32,000 nt of DNA from an uncultured Chloroflexia bacterium (GTDB lineage: Bacteria > Chloroflexota > Anaerolineae > Anaerolineales > Anaerolineaceae). The position numbers and the translations under genes are program-made. Below, piece by piece: positions 8,384 through 15,829 of this stretch; position 1 is the stretch's first letter; every line of letters begins with the position of its first letter. The notes beneath the pieces are model-generated. The model was not told the DNA's origin and searched no databases. It saw only the letters and a list, made by a program, of their open reading frames with translations. The DNA lies in NCBI GenBank assembly GCA_963704755.1, contig OY969938.1, forward strand, positions 300,001-332,000, in the 5' to 3' direction.

Positions 8384-8419
8384 AATAATACTGTCCCCTT
8401 TTCAGGGGACAGTATTATT
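8384..8419 (-). promoter_or_regulatory. Intercistronic stem-loop between phnD and phnC (perfect 16-bp stem, 4-nt loop)
   Basis: AATAATACTGTCCCCT (8384..8399) and AGGGGACAGTATTATT (8404..8419) are exact reverse complements. The stem-loop lies between the phnD stop (8434) and the phnC start (8351). There is no U-tract after it on the transcribed strand. Confidence 0.6.
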
Positions 8420-8433
8420 GTTCGTTCGTATGT

Positions 8434-9585
8434 TTATTGAACCAGAGAAGCAGGATCGACGCCGGCGGCTTTCAGAACATTGGCGAAATCGTCATAGAAA
8501 GTAGCATCGATCTTCTCGAAAGCATTGATCGTGTAGAGGCTGGCCAGAACGGCTTTACCACCGGGATCCTGGGACATGGCCAACAGAGCGTTGGTGGTGA
8601 TGTCCTGGATGTCCTGGGGCAGGTCTTTGGTGTACTGCACACCGTCGTTCGGGATCCGGTCGGTTACCGCAAAGGGTTTGACTTTGTCGGTAATGTCAGG
8701 ATACTGAGCCTGCAGGTTGGTGGCGGCATCTGTCAACACGTTGATGTAGGTTACACCGGCATCGCAGTCGCCATTGTACACGGCGATGGCAACGTTCGGG
8801 TGGGAACCGGCATTCTCGGTGGCGGACAGGTCGGTATCAGGATCGATACCATTGGCTTTGAGGATGATCCGCGGGACGATGTAACCGGAGGTCGAGTTCG
8901 GGTCCACGAAACAGAAGCTCTTGCCTTTCAGATCCGCAAGAGTTTTGATCCCAGAATCAACATTGGCGATGAACTGGCCCTTGTAGAAGGGTTCCAATTG
9001 CCCGGCCAGGTCTTTATCGGGGTCGATGTCGATGGTGCTGTAATTGCGCAGGTTGGCCAGGGCAGGGACAATCCCGTATTTTTCCTCAGCCAGAAGGACT
9101 GAGAAAGTGTTGAGGAAGCCTACCTGAGCCTGATTGGCACCCATGGCCTCGATGGCGGCGCCATAGGAAGTGCCGGTCTGGACTTTGTAGCTTAGGCCGG
9201 TCATTTTATTCAAGCAGTCGGCGATTGCATTGCTTGCCGTAGCGATCTGTCCGGACTCACCTGAGGGGACGAAGGCGATGACGATCGGGTTGTCGGATGA
9301 ACCCAGGTCACCCGCATTTACGGTCGGGGGATTGGGTAGAGGATCGCAAACGGGGGCAGGGGTCGTGGGGGCAGCCGTGGGTGCTTCGGTTGGGGCCTCG
9401 GTCGGTGCAACAGTGGCGGCTTCAGTAGGAACCTCGGTTGCCATTGCCATGGTAGGGGCTGTGGTAGGCGCTGTAGTTGCTTCAGGTGCCATTGTGGTTG
9501 CAGCAGGTGTGCTGCAGGCACTCAAAACAAATACTGCCACCAGAAGCGCAGACAACAATACATACGTGCTTCGGCGAATTTGCAT
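8434..9585 (-). CDS. phnD: Phosphonate/phosphite ABC transporter substrate-binding lipoprotein (PhnD family)
   Basis: The signal peptide ends in the lipobox VLSAC. It is followed by a Pro/Thr/Ala/Glu-rich linker (APTEAPTEAPTAAPTT) and a PhnD-like fold (VGFLNTFSVLLAE..., FCFVDPNSTSGYIVPR, CDAGVTY). An AAGGAGAAG RBS precedes the start. This is the first gene of the phnD-C-E operon. Confidence 0.85.
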   Translation of the reverse strand: MQIRRSTYVLLSALLVAVFVLSACSTPAATTMAPEATTAPTTAPTMAMATEVPTEAATVAPTEAPTEAPTAAPTTPAPVCDPLPNPPTVNAGDLGSSDNPIVIAFVPSGESGQIATASNAIADCLNKMTGLSYKVQTGTSYGAAIEAMGANQAQVGFLNTFSVLLAEEKYGIVPALANLRNYSTIDIDPDKDLAGQLEPFYKGQFIANVDSGIKTLADLKGKSFCFVDPNSTSGYIVPRIILKANGIDPDTDLSATENAGSHPNVAIAVYNGDCDAGVTYINVLTDAATNLQAQYPDITDKVKPFAVTDRIPNDGVQYTKDLPQDIQDITTNALLAMSQDPGGKAVLASLYTINAFEKIDATFYDDFANVLKAAGVDPASLVQ

Positions 9586-9643
9586 GTTCTCTTCTCCTTA
9601 TATTTTAGAGAGTGGGATGCCGGTAAGCCGGCAGACATACATA

Positions 9644-9672
9644 ACTATAGCTTATCTTATTAATTCAAGCAA
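9644..9672 (-). promoter_or_regulatory. Possible sigma70-like promoter for phnD (TTGCTT-17-TATAGT on the minus strand)
   Basis: -10 at 9644..9649 and -35 at 9667..9672, both read on the minus strand, about 60 nt upstream of the phnD ATG. Sequence resemblance only. Confidence 0.2.
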
Positions 9673-9893
9673 GATATTTCTCTTAAAATCTCTTAACGGT
9701 TAGCCCGCAAATGTTAACAAATTCGCTCCTCTTTCTGCCCGAAGATAGTGTCCGTTTCTCAAAACTTACACAAGTTTTATTACACTTTATAAATTGGATT
9801 TTGGTTTTCGGAAACAGGCGCCGAGGTTGCCCGGTCCCCATAAAATCCGTATTTCAAAATGCAGGCTGGTTATAACACTCAATAATCTCTTCC

Positions 9894-9922
9894 TTGACGG
9901 TGACCCCATCAACGGCTAAAAT
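9894..9922 (+). promoter_or_regulatory. Probable promoter of rplY (TTGACG-17-TAAAAT)
   Basis: TTGACG at 9894..9899, a 17-nt spacer and TAAAAT at 9917..9922. This would give a leader of about 100 nt that contains the hairpin TCATCAG(9944..9950)/CTGATGA(9960..9966). Confidence 0.35.
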
Positions 9923-10027
9923 ATCCACTCGCTACTCATGCAATCATCAGGCAAATCGTCTGATGAAATTCTTCAATAGAGCGAAGGTAACCCAAATTGG
10001 GTGAGAGGCGCTCGAGGATGAAATAAA

Positions 10028-10672
10028 ATGGAAAAGACCTTAATCGAAGCCGAACGGCGTACTGTCATTGGCAAAAAAGTTGGCGCGTTACGTCGTGAAG
10101 GCAAATTGCCGGGAGTTATGTACGGGCACAATGTCGAACCCACTCCCATTTTGATGGACCTGCACACCACTTCATTGATCCTTGCCAGTTTGACCCAATC
10201 GCATATTGTGACGATCAACCTGGAAGGCACAGAACACGCTGCCCTCGTGCGCGAAAAACAACGCGACTATATTCGCGGAACATTGAAACACGTCGACTTC
10301 CAGGTCGTTTCGCTAACCGAAAAGATCCGCACCAATGTCAGTATCGAGTTGGTCGGTACTTCCTCCGCCATCAAGAATTACAACGGCGTTGTGGTCACCG
10401 AATTGGATCAGGTTGTCGTGGAATGTCTCCCCCAAGATTTACCCGAGAAATTTGTCGTTGATATCTCGAAACTGGCAAATATCGGCGATTCCGTCTCCGT
10501 CAAGGACCTGGGAATCCCCGCCAACGTAGAAGTCCTGAATGACTTGACCGATATCGTGGTAGTAATTACCAGCGGTGCCGAGGAAGTCACTGAGGAAGGT
10601 GGCGTGACTGAAGAAGGCGCCTCCGAACCCGAGGTCATCGAACGCGGCAAGAAGGAAGAAGAAGAGGATTAG
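10028..10672 (+). CDS. rplY: 50S ribosomal protein L25, long Ctc (general stress protein) form
   Basis: N-terminal L25 fold (RTVIGKKVGALRREGKLPGVMYGH), a C-terminal Ctc-type beta domain (ECLPQDLPEKFVVDIS...VKD) and an acidic tail. A GAGGATGA RBS precedes the start. Confidence 0.9.
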   Translation: MEKTLIEAERRTVIGKKVGALRREGKLPGVMYGHNVEPTPILMDLHTTSLILASLTQSHIVTINLEGTEHAALVREKQRDYIRGTLKHVDFQVVSLTEKIRTNVSIELVGTSSAIKNYNGVVVTELDQVVVECLPQDLPEKFVVDISKLANIGDSVSVKDLGIPANVEVLNDLTDIVVVITSGAEEVTEEGGVTEEGASEPEVIERGKKEEEED

Positions 10673-10700
10673 TCCTCCGGACCGTCCAAATTATCGAACG

Positions 10701-10735
10701 AAACACGGCGGCGATAAAATCGCCGCCGTGTTTTT
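10701..10735 (+). terminator. Rho-independent terminator of rplY
   Basis: The 14-bp GC-rich stem AAACACGGCGGCGA / TCGCCGCCGTGTTT has a TAAAA loop and runs into TTTTT. Confidence 0.8.
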
Positions 10736-10828
10736 ATTTATCCCAAACGCGACCTTCACAGGAGCACCGGCAGTAATTAATTTATAACGATTACCCGAAA
10801 ATTGGTAATGTTTTTCAAACATTTAGTA

Positions 10829-10857
10829 TTGACAGACCGGATAATTTCACCAATAAT
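10829..10857 (+). promoter_or_regulatory. Possible promoter of the GGDEF-EAL gene (TTGACA-17-AATAAT)
   Basis: TTGACA at 10829..10834, a 17-nt spacer and AATAAT at 10852..10857. The palindrome AATGTTT-TTC-AAACATT lies immediately upstream (about 10807..10823). This would give a leader of about 200 nt. Confidence 0.3.
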
Positions 10858-11069
10858 AGAGGGAGTTTAATTTAGAACATCTTTACAAAAAGGAATAAAC
10901 GGAACGGCCCAGGGACTGGAAAGGCGACACCATACAGCGCCGTTTCTGTATATTATTCTATGAAAAGCTATTCAATTGATATGAAAATCCGCCCTTTAGA
11001 TATAATCAAGTACAGCGGCATAAAACTTGCATCATCGAAGCTGGCACTGCGAATCTTCGAAACTAATGG

Positions 11070-14021
11070 GTGGTTATGATCATTTCTAATCCGTATATCA
11101 ACCCTGCATTGGAAGCGCTAATTAAAATCATCGATGATGCTTGTGCGATTTACGACCTCGCCAATCACAAGATCCTGGTCACCAATGATAAATTTCTGGA
11201 ATTACTGAACATCGATGACAAAGAACATTTACCTGAAGATTTCGAGTTTCAAGATTTTTTGGTGGAGAAAATCGTTGCGGACCCACAGTCAGATACCGAA
11301 AACTCTGACGACTTCCCCAAAAGGACCTTGTTCAGAACCATTCAGCCGGTGGGCAGTTTGCCCGCCATCGATGCCCGTATCTCGATCACCCAACTGGAAA
11401 TCAACGAGAACAGACTGGCAATTTTCATAATTCGCGATATTACGAAAGTGCAAAAATTATTGAAAACGCAGCAATCATTGGTAAAGATTTCAGAGAGTGT
11501 CGGCAAGGTTGAGCATGTAAATGATCTTTTGTATGAATTTCACCAGATCATCGCGGAGATCATGCCGGCCAACAACTTTTATATCGCCCTTTACGATCCG
11601 GGAAATGATACGCTTTCCTTCCCTTATTTTGTCGACGAATTCGATACTACCCCCGTCCCCCAGAAATCCAAACGTGGCCTGACGGAATACATCCTGCGCA
11701 AAGGCGAAGCATTACTCGCTACCCCGGAGGTTTTCGACGACCTGGTCAAACAAGGTGAGGTCGCCGAAATGGGTGCACCATCCATCGATTGGATTGGGGT
11801 GCCTTTGATCTCCGATCAGCGTACGATTGGCGTGATGGCTACCCAAACCTACACCGAAGGTGTGCGCTACACTGCCGACGATCTGCAGTTTCTGTCGATG
11901 GTTTCTCCGCATGTCGCCAACGCGATCAAGAAAAAGAAATCCGAAGAAGAATTACGCAACCAGCACGATCTGATCAACAGTATTTTTGATGCATCCCCCA
12001 ACCCGATTGTGGTCACGGACCTGCACGGTCATTTTGAAAATTGCAACCAGGCCGCCCTCGATTTGGGCGGATACCAAACCAAGGAAGAATTGCTGGGTAA
12101 GAATATACTGGAAATCATTCACGAAGACGACCGCGAAAACACCGCCAAAGAACTCAACGGCTTCATCACCAGCCGGACCGGCGGCAAATCCGAATACCGG
12201 ATTATCAAAGCCGACCGGTCTATTCTTTTTATCGAATCGTCCTCTTCACTTTTATACGACGAGGATCAAAATCCGGTCATGGTCATTTCCATCATTACCG
12301 ACGTTACTCAGAAACGCCTGACCGACCAGGCTTTACGCATCAGTGAGGAAAGATATAAACTGGCCGTCAATGGCTCGAACGATGGTATTTGGGACTGGGA
12401 CCTAGAAAATAACCGCATTTACTATTCCCCTCGATGGAAAACGATATTAGGTTATTTAGACGAGGAAATTTCGCCTTCGCCGGACGAGTGGCTAAATCGC
12501 GTTCACCCGGATGATTTGCCTTCGCTGAAATCACAGCTCGAGGCCCACCTGCATGGCGAAATCGGCCATTTCGAGATCGAACACCGGTTGAAGAACAAAG
12601 AGGGGGATTTCTTGTGGGTACAGGTGCGCGGCGTGGCGGTATCCAACTCAGCCGGCGCCCCCTACCGTATTGCCGGCTCACTTACCGACGTAACCCGCAA
12701 CAAACATACCGAAAAACAGTTGGCCCACGAGGTCCTGCACGACAAACTGACCGGTTTACCTAATAGAGCTCTCTTTATCGACCGTTTAAACCAGACCATC
12801 AAACGCTCGAAGCGCCATGAAAACGAAACTTTCGCGATCATGATCATGGACCTGGACCGGTTCAAAATCCTCAACGATTCTTTAGGCCACCTGGCTGGCG
12901 ACAAGATGTTGATCAAGATTGCCCAGCGCCTGGAGGCTTCCTTACGCATGGAAGACTCGGTTGCCCGCCTGGGCGGCGATGAATACGCCATCCTGATCAA
13001 TGACATCCACGATCCTTACGAAGTCATTCAGATAGCCAATCGAATAAAAAAAGAAATCTCTGCGCCCGCCAATGTGGATGGACAGGCAGTCTATTCGACC
13101 GCCAGTATCGGCATTACCCTTTCCACCACCGGCTACGAAATCGCGGACGACATGCTCCGCGACGCGGATACGGCCATGTACCAGGCCAAAGGCCAGGGCG
13201 GCGATTCTTATGTAATCTTCGATCGCTTTATGCACGCTCAGGCCGTGACGCTGCTCCACATGGAAACCGATTTGCGCCAGGCCCTCGAAAACGATCAGTT
13301 TGAGTTGTACTATCAGCCGATTTTCGACACGGTTTCCCACAAGGTGATCAATGCTGAAGCGCTCATCCGCTGGAACCATCCCCAGCAAGGGTTGATCTAC
13401 CCCGGCCAATTCATCCCCATTGCCGAAGATACCGGCTTGATCGTCCCAATCGGAGACTGGATTCTGGAAAGCGCCTGTAACCAGCTCCGCAAGTGGAACG
13501 AAAACGGCTTCAAGAATCTGAAAGTGTCGGTTAATTTCTCCGCCAGGCAGTTCCAGCAGAGTGACCTGGCTGCGGTTGTGGCCCGGACGCTTGATAGGAC
13601 CGGTGTCGATCCCAAGAATATCTTTATCGAGATCACCGAAAGCCGCAATTATTCCCAATTGGAAAAATTCGAATCAATGTTGTGGGAATTGAAACGTCTT
13701 GGAATCAAGATTTCTATTGACGATTTCGGGACCGGCTACTCCTCGTTGAGCATTATCCAGCGCCTGCCTCTGGACGTCCTGAAGATCGGCCAATCCTTCA
13801 TTTCTAATCTGGGCGGCCAACGCGAAAACGACCTGATTACCCAATCGATCATCGAAATGGCCCATCGCCTGGAACTGGTCGTGGTTGCCGAAGGCGTCGA
13901 AACACCGGAGCAACTGGGTTTTCTGGCCCGACACAAATGTGACTTGATCCAGGGCTTTTTATTCAGCAAACCGATCCAGGTTCACAATTTCAACGCCCTG
14001 CTCGAACACCCCATTCATTGA
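11070..14021 (+). CDS. Multidomain c-di-GMP signalling protein: N-terminal sensor region, GAF, two PAS, GGDEF, EAL
   Basis: GAF-like region (NNFYIALYDP...WIGVPLISDQRTIGVMA), PAS repeats (NSIFDASPNPIVVTD; ERYKLAVNGSNDGIWDWD...WVQVRG). GGDEF domain with RMED I-site, 5 aa, then GGDEY (12972..12986). EAL domain (EALIRW, ITES, DDFGTGYSSL, EGVET, QGF). The start is either GTG 11070 or ATG 11076. Confidence 0.9.
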   Translation: MVMIISNPYINPALEALIKIIDDACAIYDLANHKILVTNDKFLELLNIDDKEHLPEDFEFQDFLVEKIVADPQSDTENSDDFPKRTLFRTIQPVGSLPAIDARISITQLEINENRLAIFIIRDITKVQKLLKTQQSLVKISESVGKVEHVNDLLYEFHQIIAEIMPANNFYIALYDPGNDTLSFPYFVDEFDTTPVPQKSKRGLTEYILRKGEALLATPEVFDDLVKQGEVAEMGAPSIDWIGVPLISDQRTIGVMATQTYTEGVRYTADDLQFLSMVSPHVANAIKKKKSEEELRNQHDLINSIFDASPNPIVVTDLHGHFENCNQAALDLGGYQTKEELLGKNILEIIHEDDRENTAKELNGFITSRTGGKSEYRIIKADRSILFIESSSSLLYDEDQNPVMVISIITDVTQKRLTDQALRISEERYKLAVNGSNDGIWDWDLENNRIYYSPRWKTILGYLDEEISPSPDEWLNRVHPDDLPSLKSQLEAHLHGEIGHFEIEHRLKNKEGDFLWVQVRGVAVSNSAGAPYRIAGSLTDVTRNKHTEKQLAHEVLHDKLTGLPNRALFIDRLNQTIKRSKRHENETFAIMIMDLDRFKILNDSLGHLAGDKMLIKIAQRLEASLRMEDSVARLGGDEYAILINDIHDPYEVIQIANRIKKEISAPANVDGQAVYSTASIGITLSTTGYEIADDMLRDADTAMYQAKGQGGDSYVIFDRFMHAQAVTLLHMETDLRQALENDQFELYYQPIFDTVSHKVINAEALIRWNHPQQGLIYPGQFIPIAEDTGLIVPIGDWILESACNQLRKWNENGFKNLKVSVNFSARQFQQSDLAAVVARTLDRTGVDPKNIFIEITESRNYSQLEKFESMLWELKRLGIKISIDDFGTGYSSLSIIQRLPLDVLKIGQSFISNLGGQRENDLITQSIIEMAHRLELVVVAEGVETPEQLGFLARHKCDLIQGFLFSKPIQVHNFNALLEHPIH

Positions 14022-14636
14022 GCCAGCGGTTCGTCAGCGATCAAGCCTAAAACAGATAATAAATGCACGGTGATCCTGGCTGAAATTCCCCACAATTGCT
14101 CGTCGTCGTATAGATCATAGAAAATCGACCGGCGGGTAAATCCATCCGGAGTATCCCAGGTGTGCAGGTGAAAATTATCTATACAGCTCAGCCAGCCCAG
14201 GGGAATGGTAAAAACCCGGCTGACTTCGCCTGGGTTAAATCTGCATTTCAAAAGGCCAATCGATCCTGGCTACCACCGGGGTAATCAGGTAGCCGGTAAT
14301 CGAAGGATATTGCTCCAATTGGCCTAAGACTTCTACCTGTTTTTTGAGAATACCAATTTCTTCATTCGCTTCGCGTAGCGCTGCTGCCTGGTCCGAGTCA
14401 TCCTCTGCTTCGACTGCTCCCCCGGGAAAAGACACCTGCCCTTTATGGTCATTGACTGTATTGGAACGGCGGGTAAACAAAACGAACCATTCCTCGCCTT
14501 TGGCCAGGAGCGGGATAAGGACCGCCGCCTTACGCAAGCCCACACTTGAGTCGGGCGGCTGGGCCATCCGTCCATGCGCGTCCAACTTTTCCCGGATGGC
14601 CCCTGCGGTTAATTCGTTAATTAATATGCCAGACAA
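14015..14636 (-). pseudogene. Nudix hydrolase of the CoA pyrophosphatase type (NudL/YeaB-like), interrupted by a 1-nt insertion
   Basis: ORF 14235..14636 carries VLFTRRSNTVNDHKGQVSFPGG and the Nudix box GGAVEAEDDSDQAAALREANEEIGI. ORF 14015..14251, the adjacent frame, carries the expected C-terminal part (FNPGEVSRVFTIPLGWL...LWGISARI). The frames join at the A4 run 14250..14253 (T4 on the sense strand). The span is 622 nt (3n+1). TTG start. Confidence 0.8.
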
Positions 14637-14657
14637 TTCCCTGCCCGCTTTTTCATG

Positions 14658-15521
14658 CTAGAGGTCGACGTCCTGTCCTGCAAGCGCAGTCTCTTCCTCT
14701 TCGAATGAGGTAGCATCAGCGGATTCTTCGTGATCGATGAAGACCGGCCGGGCGAACAACAAATAGCCGGTATGCGCCACCATTCGATCCACCGGCCGAA
14801 ATCGTTCAGCCTCGGCCTTGTAAAAACGCAGCAAAACCTCGCAAACGTCGATGAAAGCGAAATCGTACTGTCTCAGGGTAGCGATCAGGCGCACTACCTG
14901 GTTGGTGGTCGGCAGAATGCTGCCAAAATAGCCACCCGGCTTCAACGCCCGCCTGACCTGGCCAACATAATCGTAGGGGTTGGACACATCCAGGAATAAA
15001 GCATCCACTCCGGTTTCGTCGAACCCATCGCCGATATCCTGTAATTTCAACTCGACGCACCCTTCCAGGCCCAACCGGGTCAGGTTCTTGAGCGCCATTT
15101 GCTGCATCTCAGGCCGGACATCGTAAGAGAACACTCTCCCGTTTAATCCCACGTGATAGGCCAAAGCACAGGTCAGTGCCCCCGAACCGGTCCCGGCTTC
15201 GATGATGCGCTGCCCTTCCCCAATCCCCATGGAAATCATCGCGAAGCCGATTTCCTTAGGGTACATGATTTGGGAATTGCGGGGCAGCTCTTTGAGTAAA
15301 TCGCCCAACGAAGGTTGCAGGATGAAAAACGGGTTGCCTTTGTGACTGGTGATTCGGGTGCCCCAAACTTTCCCGATGATGTCATCGTGTTTTATGACTC
15401 CCCGGTGCGTCTGTAAATCGGCGCCCGGGACGACACGCAAAATAAAACTTTTATGGCGCAGTCCCACCAGTTGCACCAGCTCACCAGCTTGAACTGTTTC
15501 ACCCAGGTTATTCCAGGTCAA
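14658..15521 (-). CDS. trmI: tRNA (adenine58-N1)-methyltransferase TrmI (GCD14 family)
   Basis: An N-terminal beta domain is followed by a SAM-binding fold (IIEAGTGSGALTCALA, VFSYDVRPE, DALFLDVSNPYDY) and the C-terminal motif HTGYLLFARP. TTG start with an AAGGAG RBS. Confidence 0.85.
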   Translation of the reverse strand: MTWNNLGETVQAGELVQLVGLRHKSFILRVVPGADLQTHRGVIKHDDIIGKVWGTRITSHKGNPFFILQPSLGDLLKELPRNSQIMYPKEIGFAMISMGIGEGQRIIEAGTGSGALTCALAYHVGLNGRVFSYDVRPEMQQMALKNLTRLGLEGCVELKLQDIGDGFDETGVDALFLDVSNPYDYVGQVRRALKPGGYFGSILPTTNQVVRLIATLRQYDFAFIDVCEVLLRFYKAEAERFRPVDRMVAHTGYLLFARPVFIDHEESADATSFEEEETALAGQDVDL

Positions 15522-15532
15522 AAGAAATCTCC

Positions 15533-15811
15533 TTATTTTTTACCTGCAGCCGGTGTCTGTCCCAGGCTGAGCCAATATCCCAGCAGGAGCACAACGATAC
15601 TGCCCAGGGTAGCCATTCCCAAATTTAGCGTACCCACTTTTATAAAAGTCCAGCCGAGGCTCCCTCCCAGGAAATGGCCGCCCCAAAAACCAATCCAGGC
15701 AAAGATCAGATACAACCCCAAACGCCATAGCTTCCCGCCCCGGAACAAATGAAAACCCGCGCCATACAAGGTGGCAATCAAGAAGCCCAGGAGCAATGTC
15801 TGTATGGTCAT
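15533..15811 (-). CDS. Small integral membrane protein (92 aa, about 3 TM), unknown function
   Basis: Hydrophobic ORF with a strong GGGGAGGGG RBS immediately upstream of the ATG. It is packed between mnmA (stop 15830) and trmI (start 15521). Confidence 0.6.
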   Translation of the reverse strand: MTIQTLLLGFLIATLYGAGFHLFRGGKLWRLGLYLIFAWIGFWGGHFLGGSLGWTFIKVGTLNLGMATLGSIVVLLLGYWLSLGQTPAAGKK

Positions 15812-15829
15812 TTCCCCTCCCCAAGCAAA

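Noticed and set aside
9230-9703. ORFs 9230..9703 (+) and 9318..9521 (-) with repetitive Gly/Ala/Val or Pro/Gln-rich translations.
   Set aside because: These are frame and strand shadows of the repetitive PT/EA linker-coding region of phnD. They have no independent coding signals.
9712-9786. TTAACA / TTACAC hexamers upstream of phnD as a PhoP/PhoB-type Pho box.
   Set aside because: The two TTACAC copies are 14 nt apart, not the ~11-nt periodicity of Bacillus-type PhoP boxes. There are too few repeats, and they lie about 180 nt from the phnD start. The evidence is insufficient to call a Pho box.
12942-13658. Long antisense ORFs opposite well-supported genes. Examples: 12942..13658 (238 aa), 23109..23654 (181 aa), 30099..30881 (260 aa), 8437..9102 (221 aa), 16382..16987 (201 aa), 19153..19572.
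   Set aside because: Each lies entirely within a gene on the other strand that has unmistakable family motifs. Their translations are low-complexity (Arg/Gly/Val/Asp-rich), with no motifs and no RBS. This is the typical shadow-ORF behaviour of moderately GC-rich DNA.
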